A stretch of DNA of 64,000 nucleotides from Silicimonas sp. Lineage in GTDB: Bacteria > Pseudomonadota > Alphaproteobacteria > Rhodobacterales > Rhodobacteraceae. The translations under genes and the position numbers were made by a program. Below the pieces are notes generated by a model. The model saw only the letters and a program-made list of their open reading frames with translations. It was not told the origin of the DNA and ran no database searches. This document shows positions 30,841-39,682 of this stretch, piece after piece; the first letter of the stretch is position 1; each line of letters begins with the position of its first letter. The stretch spans positions 4,634 to 68,633 of the forward strand of contig JAJEFO010000115.1 of assembly GCA_022820365.1 (NCBI GenBank). Direction: 5' to 3'.

Positions 30841-30914
30841 TCCGCCCGAGGCGCGCCTTCCCAGCCATTCGATGCCTTCAGGATCGCATCGCGAAATGCG
30901 GCCAGATTCTCCCG

Positions 30915-31829
30915 TCAGGCATCAGGCTCCTCGTCGTGCACCGCGGGATCCTGCACCGCCTGGGCAGTCTTCGCGACTTCTGCCGCGAAATCCTCTTCCT
31001 TCTTCTCGATGCCTTCACCGACTTCGAGGCGAATGAAGCCCGTCACATCGATTCCAGCCTCTTCCGCCGCCTTGCCGACCGTGAGATCCGGATTCACGAC
31101 AAATGCCTGATTCAGGAGCGTGGACTCGGCAACGAACTTCCTCATCCGACCCTCGATCATCTTCTCTATGACTGCCTCCGGTTTCCCGCTTTCCCGCGCG
31201 ATCTCCATCTGGATGTCGCGCTCCTTTTCGGTCGCGGCCGCATCCAGGCTAGCTTCATCAAGCGCTGCGGGATTGATGGCCGCAACGTGCATGGCAACCT
31301 GCCGCGGAAATTCGGAGTCCGCACCCGAATACGCTACCACGACCCCGATCTTTCCCATGCCTTGGGCCACGGCGTTATGCGTGTATGAGGCAACCCGTTC
31401 ACCATTCAGGCTGGCCATTCTGCGAAGCTGGATGTTCTCTCCGATCTTGGCCACGGCATCGGTGATCACTTCCGAGGCAGGTTTCCCGCCCAGGTCCGCG
31501 GACTTCAATGCTTCGACATCGTCGACAGCGAGGGCAGCCGTGGCCAGATCCGTGACCATCGACTGGAAATCCTCGTTCTTGGCGACGAAGTCGGTTTCGG
31601 AATTCACCTCTACGACAACGCCCCTGCCCCCGTCTGTCCTGACAGCAACGAGTCCCTCGGCGGCTGTGCGGCCCGACTTCTTGTCTGCCTTCGCCAGCCC
31701 CTTCGTTCGTAGCCAATCCGCGGCGGCCTTCATGTCGCCGTCGGTTTCCGTCAGCGCCTTCTTGGCATCCATCATGCCCGCGCCGGTTGCGTCGCGAAGC
31801 TCTTTCACAAGTGCTGCAGTGATTGCCAT
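30915..31829 (-). CDS. tsf: Translation elongation factor Ts
   Basis: [26 protein letters not shown]..; 304 aa, downstream of rpsB. Confidence 0.95.
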   Translation of the reverse strand: MAITAALVKELRDATGAGMMDAKKALTETDGDMKAAADWLRTKGLAKADKKSGRTAAEGLVAVRTDGGRGVVVEVNSETDFVAKNEDFQSMVTDLATAALAVDDVEALKSADLGGKPASEVITDAVAKIGENIQLRRMASLNGERVASYTHNAVAQGMGKIGVVVAYSGADSEFPRQVAMHVAAINPAALDEASLDAAATEKERDIQMEIARESGKPEAVIEKMIEGRMRKFVAESTLLNQAFVVNPDLTVGKAAEEAGIDVTGFIRLEVGEGIEKKEEDFAAEVAKTAQAVQDPAVHDEEPDA

Positions 31830-31900
31830 CTTGGCTCTCCTTGACCGCGTGTTCCGGGCACGGTTCCCCGTGCCTTGATTCTCATCTGCCTGATTCGGCT

Positions 31901-33118
31901 TCAGTCAGCTTTTTCGATTTCGGCAGGCTCTTTCGACGCGGCTGACTCTTCGGCTTCCGGCTTGTCTTTCCCGGCAGTCGCGGTCTTCGCCGATGCATCT
32001 CTCCCGGCAGTTGCATCCGTGCCAGTGGTCGCGTTTGCGCCGTTCGTCTCGGCTGACGCCTTCTCCTCAACTGCAGCAGCGTCCCCTTCTGGCGCCCCCG
32101 CCTCTGAGGCAGCCTGTCTCTCCACCGTGCCCTTGTCACCGTCAGGTGCGCTGTCCGTTCCCGACGGGGCATCCGACCCCTTCTTGACGGCGTTCTGTCC
32201 CGATGCAGGTTGGGCGGGCGGTTCTACGGCTGCGAGCACTTCCTTCTCCGTAGTGGACGCATCCTTGCCGCTTGTGGCGTCGTCAGCCTTTTCATCGTCC
32301 ACCTTCGCCGCCTCGGCGGCCGGCACAGCATTCGGCGCATCTTCGGTCGTCTGTGCGCCAGCCTTCGCTTCAAGAGCCGGTTCCTCCGCAGCCGTTTCCA
32401 TCTCGCCAAGGTCGATACCGGCAGCGCCAAGCTGGGCACTCATGCCGTCAAGCGCGGCGCGGCTTACCAAGTCGCAGTAGAGCGCCACCGCTCGCGAGGC
32501 GTCGTCATTGCCAGGAATGATGTAGTCAACGCCATCCGGCGTGCAGTTCGTGTCGACGACCGCAACGACCGGAATGCCTAGCTTCCTTGCTTCCGCGATC
32601 GCAAGGTCTTCCTTGTTCACGTCGATTACAAACAGAAGATCCGGCACGCCGCCCATTTCACGGATGCCGCCAAGCGAAGCTTGAAGCTTCGATTGCTCTC
32701 GCTCGATGCCAAGTCGTTCCTTCTTTGTCAGGCCCTCTGCACCCTCCGTCATCTGCTCGTCAATTTCGTTCAGACGCTTGATCGATTGCGAAACCGTCTT
32801 CCAGTTGGTCAGCGTGCCGCCCAGCCAGCGGTGGTTCATGTAATACTGCGCGCACTTCTCAGCCGCCTCGGCAATCGGCTTCTGCGCCTGTCGCTTCGTG
32901 CCGACAAAGAGCATGCGACCGTTCTTGGCCACGGTTTCTCGGATGACATTCAACGCCGCGTCCAACATTGGCACGGTCTGGGTCAAGTCGATGATGTGGA
33001 TGCCATTGCGTTCACCATAGATGAATTCCGACATGCGTGGATTCCACCGTTGCGTCTGGTGACCGAAATGCACGCCAGCTTCCAGAAGCTGACGCATCGT
33101 GAATTCAGGGAGCGCCAT
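31901..33118 (-). CDS. rpsB: 30S ribosomal protein S2 with a long acidic C-terminal extension
   Basis: [29 protein letters not shown].. The start is at ATG 33118 (SD aaggaaa). The conserved S2 core ends near aa 240 (..AAGIDLGE). It is followed by ~160 aa of A/E/D/T/K/G/S-rich low-complexity sequence before the stop at 31901. Confidence 0.9.
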   Translation of the reverse strand: MALPEFTMRQLLEAGVHFGHQTQRWNPRMSEFIYGERNGIHIIDLTQTVPMLDAALNVIRETVAKNGRMLFVGTKRQAQKPIAEAAEKCAQYYMNHRWLGGTLTNWKTVSQSIKRLNEIDEQMTEGAEGLTKKERLGIEREQSKLQASLGGIREMGGVPDLLFVIDVNKEDLAIAEARKLGIPVVAVVDTNCTPDGVDYIIPGNDDASRAVALYCDLVSRAALDGMSAQLGAAGIDLGEMETAAEEPALEAKAGAQTTEDAPNAVPAAEAAKVDDEKADDATSGKDASTTEKEVLAAVEPPAQPASGQNAVKKGSDAPSGTDSAPDGDKGTVERQAASEAGAPEGDAAAVEEKASAETNGANATTGTDATAGRDASAKTATAGKDKPEAEESAASKEPAEIEKAD

Positions 33119-33305
33119 ATCCATTTCCTTTCCCGGTTTGCGCCTCGGCAGAACGTCAGAGATCTCTCCCAACCGGCGGACCAAGCGAGGATGCATCCCC
33201 CGACGGCCCAAGTCCTGCCTGTGAATTGGGCGCGAATTATGATGGCGCGCCAGCGGTTGCAAGCAAAAATCGCAAACACCTGAAATTTCCAGAAGGCAGA
33301 AAATT

Positions 33306-33342
33306 GGGAAATTGCAGAAACCGCTTTTTCCGCCAATTTCCC
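33306..33342 (-). promoter_or_regulatory. Perfect 9-bp inverted repeat in the rpsB upstream/leader region
   Basis: GGGAAATTG-N19-CAATTTCCC lies about 190-225 nt upstream of the rpsB ATG. A GAAATTTC palindrome sits nearby at 33282-33289, in a locally AT-rich stretch. Confidence 0.3.
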
Positions 33343-33560
33343 GAATTTCATCCCCGGGACCCGTTCAGCGCATGACGGCACGAGCCCTTGGATCCACCAC
33401 CGTCAACTGCGTCACCTGAAGCTTCGTGAGCGCTTCAATGAGCGGGCGGACGCACGACATTCTCGTCGCAGGCCACCGGCCAGGAGGCAAGGTCGCAACC
33501 AACTGCCGGTGAATGTTGTCGAATCAACATTCAAGGCCATTCAATTCTCGGACCCAGCGC

Positions 33561-34283
33561 TCAATTTTCAGGGAGGTCGTAACCCGATTCCGCGATCAGG
33601 TCTTGTGCGCTTGCGGTCGCCAACCAGTCCCAGAACGCATGTGCAGCCTCGTTTTCGGAAGCCCGGGCGAGAAAGGCTGCATGCTGTGGAATGTCGGGAA
33701 TCAGGTTCTCAAGGTCAAACACTTCAGGTGCATTAAGAAACGGTACCTGTGACGCCGCGACAAAGGCGGCATCGGCGTTGCCGGTGCTGAAGAGAGTGGC
33801 TACTTGTCCCACGTTGATTACCAAAAGCGTCTTGAAGTCAGCGGTGTCCAGCTTCAATCGCTCCATCGCTCTCGTGGATGCCTTGCCATAGGGCGCTGCA
33901 ATCGGGTCGGCCAAGGCGACATACTTGCCTTCCAGGACCAAGGCGGCGGTTCTTCGCGTCAAGGGTTCTCTTGACACCAATACAAGACGCCCCACCGCAT
34001 AAGCGCGGGTTTCTGTCGCCCTCCCGTTGGCCAGCAATAGTGCCGGGCGCTCGGCATCGCCTGCAAGCAGCACGTCGAAGGGCGCGCCGCGCACGACTTG
34101 CGTATAGAGATGTCCGGTGGCGCCGTGACTGATGCCGATGGAGAATCCTGTCTCACCTTCGAATTCGGCGGCGAGCTTGAGAGCAGTCGCGACGAAATTC
34201 GACGATACGGCAACGGTCACGTCGGCAGCCGTCGCGAGTCCGGCCCAACATGCAAGAACGAGAGAAGCAAATGCGTGTTTCAT
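33561..34283 (-). CDS. modA: Molybdate ABC transporter substrate-binding protein-like (orphan)
   Basis: Signal peptide MKHAFASLVLACWAGLATA, then VAVSSNF..SHGATGHLYTQVVRGAPFDVLLAGD, the ModA family pattern. No modB or modC gene is adjacent. Confidence 0.7.
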   Translation of the reverse strand: MKHAFASLVLACWAGLATAADVTVAVSSNFVATALKLAAEFEGETGFSIGISHGATGHLYTQVVRGAPFDVLLAGDAERPALLLANGRATETRAYAVGRLVLVSREPLTRRTAALVLEGKYVALADPIAAPYGKASTRAMERLKLDTADFKTLLVINVGQVATLFSTGNADAAFVAASQVPFLNAPEVFDLENLIPDIPQHAAFLARASENEAAHAFWDWLATASAQDLIAESGYDLPEN

Positions 34284-34351
34284 TGACCTTGAGGCCGTTT
34301 CCTGTCCAATTCTGGCTCTCAGTGCATCTGCAAAGAGTTCTTGGCGCTTTC

Positions 34352-34437
34352 TGGTGCCCGAGGCGAGACTCGAACTCGCACGGCATTACTGCCGGCGGAT
34401 TTTGAATCCGCTGCGTCTACCATTCCGCCACTCGGGC
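34352..34437 (-). tRNA. tRNA-Leu, anticodon CAA
   Basis: The reverse complement GCCCGAGTGGCGGAATGGTAGACGCAGCGGATTCAAAATCCGCCGGCAGTAATGCCGTGCGAGTTCGAGTCTCGCCTCGGGCACCA folds as a class II tRNA. It has a 7-bp acceptor stem, anticodon stem GCGGA/TCCGC with loop TTCAAAA, a 5-bp variable arm, T arm GCGAG-TTCGAGT-CTCGC, and an encoded CCA. Confidence 0.95.
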
Positions 34438-34533
34438 ACATTCCGGCGCATTTAGGCCATAGCCGACCCAAGGCGCAAGACGTGTTGCGAGTTACAGGTG
34501 CCTGATTCTGTCGCAGTCCTGCCGGAATCGGTT

Positions 34534-37500
34534 TCAACTGCGTGCTTTTGAAGCCAAATCTCGCGCGACCGCGAATGCGCCCTGGACCCGATCACGGGCT
34601 TTTCTCCAGTCTCGGCGCACGATGAGCTTGTTGTTCCTAATCTTCGCAAGCCCGTTCTGATCGTGAATGAACTCCACGAGGCCGTCTGGACTCGCGAATC
34701 GGTCTTCATGAAACTGGATCGTCGCTCCCTTAGGTCCGGTGTCGAGGCGCGCGATTCCGGCTTTCCTGCATTCGCTCTTGATGCGTACCACCAGAAGCAG
34801 AGCATTCACCTCCTTCGGCAACTTGCCGAACCGGTCAATGAGTTCGGCGGCAAAGCCCTCGATCTCAACCTTGCACGACACGTTCGAGAGGCGGCGATAC
34901 AGGCCAAGACGGACATCAAGATCACGAACGTAACTTTCCGGTATCAGGACTGGCACACCGAGCCTGATCTGTGGCGACCATTGGTCTTCGGTATCGGTGA
35001 GGCCTGCGGTTTCACCCGACCGGATCTTCGCAATCATGTCTTCCAGCATGGAGCGATAGAGTTCAAAGCCCACTTCGCGAATATGTCCCGACTGCTCCTC
35101 GCCAAGGATGTTGCCGGCTCCGCGGATGTCCAGATCCTGAGTTGCGAGTGTGAACCCTGCGCCAAGCGAGTCCAGGGAGCCGAGAACTCTAAGCCGTCTT
35201 TCTGCCTGTACAGTGGGCCTGGAATTGGGTCGGGTCGTGAGATAGGCATAGGCGCGGGCTTTCGAGCGCCCTACCCGTCCCCGAATCTGGTAGAGCTGCG
35301 CGAGCCCGAACATGTCTGCTCGGTGGACGATCAAGGTGTTGGCTGTTGGAATGTCGAGGCCGGATTCCACGATCGTCGTGGCCAGGAGTACGTCGAACGC
35401 GCCTTCATAAAATGCGTTCATTCGACCATCGAGCGTGCTTGCCGCCAGCTGCCCATGGACGACAACATGGGTGAGTTCAGGAACCTGCTCGGAAAGCCAG
35501 ACTTCGATCTCGGGGATGTCGCTGATCCTTGGGACCACAAAGAACGATTGCCCGCCTCGATAATGTTCGCGAAGCAATGCCTCCCGGAGCGTCACGCTGT
35601 CGAACTCGCTCACGTAGGTGCGTATGGCAAGGCGATCAACGGGCGGTGTTCCGATGACCGACAGGTCGCGCACGCCCGTCAGCGACATTTGAAGCGTGCG
35701 CGGAATGGGTGTCGCAGTCAACGTGAGGATATGTATGTCGGAACGAAGCTGTTTCATTCGCTCCTTGTGCGTCACACCGAAATGCTGCTCCTCATCGACG
35801 ACCAGCAATCCGAGATTCCGAAAGCGCACGGACTTTGCAAGAACAGCGTGCGTTCCAATGACGATATCCACCGTTCCGTCGGCAAGTCCGTCGCGTGTCC
35901 TTTTGGACTCCTTCGCGGGAACAAATCTTGACAGTTGCCGAACTTCGATCGGGAATCCTTGGAACCGTTCGACAAATCTTGCTGCGTGCTGACGAGCGAG
36001 AAGCGTGGTTGGGGCGATGACTGCGACCTGCACCCCGGACATGGCGGCGGCGAATGCCGCCCGCATTGCCACTTCAGTCTTGCCGAAGCCCACATCACCG
36101 CAGATCAGTCTGTCCATCGGCTTGCTCGCCGCCATGTCTCCAAGCGTTTCGGCAATCGCTGCAAGCTGATCGTCAGTTTCCTGATAGGAAAAGCGCGCCA
36201 AGAACGCTTCCCAAAGGTCGTCCGGCGGCACGATTGCCGGAGCTTTCCGGAGATGCCGTTCCGCAGCAATGCGAACAAGCCTGTCGGCGATTTCGCGAAT
36301 GCGTTTCTTGAGCCCTGCCTTTCGAGCCTGCCAAGCGGCACTTCCTAAACGGTCCAGAAGGCCCTCATCGTGACCGTAGCGACTCAAAAGCTCGATGTTC
36401 TCAACCGGCAGGAACAGCTTGTCACCGCCGGCGTATTCGAGGTGGATGCACTCATGTGGCGCCCCAAGGGCTTCGACGACCTCAAGACCCTTGTAGCGAC
36501 CGACGCCGTGTTCCACGTGGACGACCAGGTCCTCGGGGCTGAGCGATCGGGCTTCAGTCAGGAAATCGTCGGCACGGCGCCTCTTTCTGGGTTGGCGAGT
36601 CAGACGATCGCCGAAGACGTCCTGTTCGGAGATGACCGTGAGGCCCTTGCTGCTTTCGAATCCGTGCTGCAGCGCCCATACGGCCAGAAAGACGCCTCCC
36701 TTACCTTCTGGGACATCGCTGAAGTCGGAAATCGCAGCGGCACCCAGAATGTCGTGTTCCGCAATGAGACCCTGCAGACGTTCCCGCGCGCCCTCCGAAT
36801 AAGACGCGATGACCACTTGATCCGTGCGTGCCCTGTTCCTGATGTGGTCGGCCAAAGCCTCAAGAAGGCTGGCGGATTCCCGCAGGCGCTCAGGGGCGAA
36901 GTCTCGACCGATACGTCCACCTGCGTCTACGCTCCCCGGCCCCACAGGCTGCGGTGAAACCGCGAACTGAAGAAGCTTGCGGCCCTCGGTTGCGGCTCGC
37001 CATGTCGCGTCGTCAAGATAGAGCTGCCCAGGCGGCGTTGGCTTGTAGACGCTATCCATCTCGCTGACGGCAAGCCGTGCTTCTTGGCGCGCTTCGTATT
37101 GAATGTTCACGGCTTCCCAACGAGCTTCGTGCATGGCCTTCGTCCGGTCATCAAGCGTGATCGTTGCGTCGGGCAAGTAGTCGAAGACCGTATCGAGATG
37201 CCCGTAGAAGAATGGCAACCAATGTTCGATGCCTGAATGCCGTCTCCCAGAACTGATCGCCTCGTACAGCGGGTCGCCAGATCCCCCTGCCCCGAATTCC
37301 AGCCTGTAATTCTGCCGAAAGCGGGAGATGGATGTCTCGTCCAGGATGACCTCGCTGACCGGCGCAAGTTCGACGGCCGGAAGTTGCGCGACGGTCCTTT
37401 GCGTGACGGCATCAAAGCGCCGCACGTCTTCCAGCACATCGCCGAAGAGATCGAGTCGCACCGGCCCGCCGTCACCGGGCGAAAAGATGTCAATGATGCC

Positions 37501-37974
37501 GCCGCGGACCGCATAGTCCCCTGGCTCCGCCACAGTAGGGGTCTGCACGAACCCCATGCGTGTCAGGAATTCTCTCAGCGCAATCTCGTTCACCTGCTCG
37601 CCAACTCGCGCAGTGAATCTGGATGCCCGGACGAGTTCCCGAGGCGGAATTCTCTGTGTCGCCGCATTGAGGGTTGTCAGAAGGACAAAGGAATCTGGTG
37701 CATCGTGGACGAGGCGCGCCAGAGTTCCCATGCGTTCCGCGGAGATGTCCACATTCGGAGAAACACGTTCATACGGGAGGCAGTCCCAACCCGGGAACCT
37801 CAGCACCCTGACATGCGGCGCGAAGAATGCAAGTGCCTCCGCCATGGCTGCCATGCGCTTGTCGTCCCTCGCGACATGACAGATCCTTGGCGTGGTTTCC
37901 AACTCACGCAGGACAAGCGCGGCGTCAAATCCTTCTGGCGCGCCTGAGAGGGTCTTCATGCAAGACATCGGCAT
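34534..37974 (-). CDS. mfd: Transcription-repair coupling factor
   Basis: 1146 aa with helicase motifs GDVGFGKTEVAMRAAF and LLVVDEEQHFG, and an N-terminal UvrB-homology region. The exact start (37974, 37968 or 37959) is not resolved. Confidence 0.95.
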   Translation of the reverse strand: MPMSCMKTLSGAPEGFDAALVLRELETTPRICHVARDDKRMAAMAEALAFFAPHVRVLRFPGWDCLPYERVSPNVDISAERMGTLARLVHDAPDSFVLLTTLNAATQRIPPRELVRASRFTARVGEQVNEIALREFLTRMGFVQTPTVAEPGDYAVRGGIIDIFSPGDGGPVRLDLFGDVLEDVRRFDAVTQRTVAQLPAVELAPVSEVILDETSISRFRQNYRLEFGAGGSGDPLYEAISSGRRHSGIEHWLPFFYGHLDTVFDYLPDATITLDDRTKAMHEARWEAVNIQYEARQEARLAVSEMDSVYKPTPPGQLYLDDATWRAATEGRKLLQFAVSPQPVGPGSVDAGGRIGRDFAPERLRESASLLEALADHIRNRARTDQVVIASYSEGARERLQGLIAEHDILGAAAISDFSDVPEGKGGVFLAVWALQHGFESSKGLTVISEQDVFGDRLTRQPRKRRRADDFLTEARSLSPEDLVVHVEHGVGRYKGLEVVEALGAPHECIHLEYAGGDKLFLPVENIELLSRYGHDEGLLDRLGSAAWQARKAGLKKRIREIADRLVRIAAERHLRKAPAIVPPDDLWEAFLARFSYQETDDQLAAIAETLGDMAASKPMDRLICGDVGFGKTEVAMRAAFAAAMSGVQVAVIAPTTLLARQHAARFVERFQGFPIEVRQLSRFVPAKESKRTRDGLADGTVDIVIGTHAVLAKSVRFRNLGLLVVDEEQHFGVTHKERMKQLRSDIHILTLTATPIPRTLQMSLTGVRDLSVIGTPPVDRLAIRTYVSEFDSVTLREALLREHYRGGQSFFVVPRISDIPEIEVWLSEQVPELTHVVVHGQLAASTLDGRMNAFYEGAFDVLLATTIVESGLDIPTANTLIVHRADMFGLAQLYQIRGRVGRSKARAYAYLTTRPNSRPTVQAERRLRVLGSLDSLGAGFTLATQDLDIRGAGNILGEEQSGHIREVGFELYRSMLEDMIAKIRSGETAGLTDTEDQWSPQIRLGVPVLIPESYVRDLDVRLGLYRRLSNVSCKVEIEGFAAELIDRFGKLPKEVNALLLVVRIKSECRKAGIARLDTGPKGATIQFHEDRFASPDGLVEFIHDQNGLAKIRNNKLIVRRDWRKARDRVQGAFAVARDLASKARS

Positions 37975-38339
37975 GGCGCCGAGGTAAATGCTTGGTCTCC
38001 CGTGTCAACGGTTGTTCGGAAATGCGCTCACATCGCGAGATGAAGCAACCTTGCGGCTGGTCCAATCCCTTCAAGAGCATCTTGCAGTCATCCGCCAATT
38101 CGATTTCCGGCGCCGAATTCACGGGTGCTGGGGGTGTTCGGCCGGTCGCATGGGCAATGAACATGCACGATTCCGCTGTCTGTGAGGGGCTTGGCGCATG
38201 GGTGCGAGGCCTTCGGGGCACCTTTGCACGCCTCGGGATCATGCAGGACCTTGCTTGAGATGCATTTCATTGATCGCGCCAGGCAAGCGCCAACCAGGTT
38301 CAATGAACTACATCGTCACGGATTCGAGAATTCAGCTTT

Positions 38340-39209
38340 ATGGGACACACTGATCAGGTTGTGATCGAGGAACACGAAGACAACCAGAAGGACGGTTGGG
38401 GGGCCGGCCGATGGCGGGCCGCTCTCTTCGCCAAGAACCTTGCTGAATTCGACACCAGTCTTGCCCGCAAGGCCGTTCGGTTCGATGCGCATGATGACAA
38501 GAACCGCGCCGCGCAGGTCATCAAGCGCATTGACGAGATGCGCGGGTACGCATCTGGATTTCAAGGCATTTTCGACGCAGTTGCGCTGTTGGTGCGGCAC
38601 GGCGAGCAAATCGGCAGCGCCTTCCGGGAACAGGTCGAAGTGTTCCCGAACATCGCAATTCGAGAGTTGATCGCCAACGCCCTGATCCACCAGGACTTGA
38701 CGATCATGGGAGCGGGTCCGTTGATTGAGCTCTTCTCGGACAGAATTGAAGTCACAAACCCCGGTGAACCGCTTGTTTCCGTAGACCGCTTCATCGACTC
38801 GCCGCCTCGTTCCAGGAACGAGGCGCTCGCGGCGTTCATGCGGCGCATGCGCATCTGTGAGGAACAAGGCACAGGAATCGACAAGTCCGTCGCGGCGGTT
38901 GAGGGACTGAAACTTCCACCGCCCGACTTTCGGGTCGAGGACAATGCGTGCATGGCGGTAATTTACGCGCCCCGCTGTTTCGCTACCATGACGCCGGATG
39001 AACGCCTGCGGGCATGCTATCAGCATGCAGTGCTCCGGTACGTCAGCGACGAAACAATGCGAAACGCGACATTGAGGGAGCGTTTCGGCATTGAGAAGAG
39101 GAACAATGCGCAAGTGTCCCAGGTCATTCGACTCGCCTTGAACGGAAAATTGATTCGACCAGCAGATCCCGCCCGACCCAAGGCCGGCTATGTCCCCTTT
39201 CGGGCGTGA
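38340..39209 (+). CDS. HATPase_c_4 / RecG-C-terminal-like putative DNA-binding protein, apparently without the usual N-terminal AlbA_2 (Schlafen-like) domain
   Basis: FPNIAIRELIANALIHQDL..IELFSDRIEVTNPGEP..SRNEALAAFMRRMRICEEQGTGIDK..LPPPDF matches the family pattern YPxxAxREAxxNAxxHRDY..FxDRxEIxSPG..RNPxIA..IExxGxGI. An in-frame TGA at 38304-38306 blocks any N-terminal extension, and no SD is obvious. Confidence 0.55.
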   Translation: MGHTDQVVIEEHEDNQKDGWGAGRWRAALFAKNLAEFDTSLARKAVRFDAHDDKNRAAQVIKRIDEMRGYASGFQGIFDAVALLVRHGEQIGSAFREQVEVFPNIAIRELIANALIHQDLTIMGAGPLIELFSDRIEVTNPGEPLVSVDRFIDSPPRSRNEALAAFMRRMRICEEQGTGIDKSVAAVEGLKLPPPDFRVEDNACMAVIYAPRCFATMTPDERLRACYQHAVLRYVSDETMRNATLRERFGIEKRNNAQVSQVIRLALNGKLIRPADPARPKAGYVPFRA

Positions 39210-39682
39210 ATTCGAATGCATAATGCATGGTGTGCCAGAACGTGCGCCGGAACGTGTCATTGGCAAGTGAATTTCCTGAGATGTGCACACCGCTGTCCGG
39301 GCATCACTCATGGGTGCCACTGCAGCGGCAGGCAGAAGGTAACCGCTGGACCCATGCGAGGGTCCCGGAAAGTCCGGCGATTCCTGCGATCCCCTTTTCC
39401 CGCAAGGAGATATCGCCGGGCTTCGCGGCTTCGCGTTACGAACGTTCTCTTCTTGATCTTTCGACGCATCCTGGGCCGCGATGCGAACTGGACCGGAGCC
39501 GGATTGGCATGTGATTGGCGGAACAATCGCTATCGCCAGCCTGATCGCAACATGCTGTGGTTCAAGATCGGAATCACGCCAAATAGGGTATTGCACTTCC
39601 CGGCAAACATCACCATTGGATGCTCATCTGCACCTGCCTCACGATCCCGGCCGTGTTGCAGCTTCATCAGGGGCAAAATCGA

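Noticed and set aside
31875-32480. 201-aa Ala/Ser-rich + strand ORF
   Set aside because: It is the mirror image of the low-complexity S2 tail on the minus strand and has no start context or motifs.
33561-34437. tRNA-Leu(CAA) considered as an integration hotspot for a genomic island
   Set aside because: There is no integrase, no direct repeat of the tRNA 3' end, and the 3' side holds modA and rpsB-tsf, which look native.
34663-35931. 422-aa + strand ORF antisense to mfd. Similar cases are 17270..18301 in gyrA, 7015..8103 in mtlK, 60020..61159 in the GMC gene, 27633..28577 in phoR, 25993..26826 in gmk, 39821..40816 in the SNF2 gene and 54882..55751 in the 468-aa gene.
   Set aside because: All lie fully inside well-supported genes on the other strand and have junk-like composition. 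Long antisense ORFs are expected at this GC content.
37975-38242. Minus-strand ORF (105 aa) upstream of mfd, considered as an SdhE/DUF339 remnant because sdhE often precedes mfd in alphaproteobacteria
   Set aside because: Only a faint resemblance (..LADDCKMLLKGLDQPQGCFISRCE.. against ..L.D.E...FE.LL...D.DL..W..GE). The RGxxE core is not visible and the ORF overlaps the mfd start. The evidence is too weak for a call.
39367-39588. RNase P RNA-like motifs GGAAAGTCCGG (39367-39377) and GCCAAATAGGG (39578-39588) at roughly the right spacing
   Set aside because: The other universally conserved rnpB blocks (ATAGGGCA after the first motif, GGTAAGGGTGAAA, ACAGAACCCGGCTTA) are absent, and no P1-P4 pairing could be drawn. 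I judge this a coincidence. A cmsearch with the RNase P models would settle it.
38316-39596. 426-aa minus-strand ORF covering the HATPase_c_4 gene region
   Set aside because: It has no recognisable motifs and a Arg/Pro/Gly-rich composition. The + strand frame carries a clear family signature, so this is an antisense artefact.
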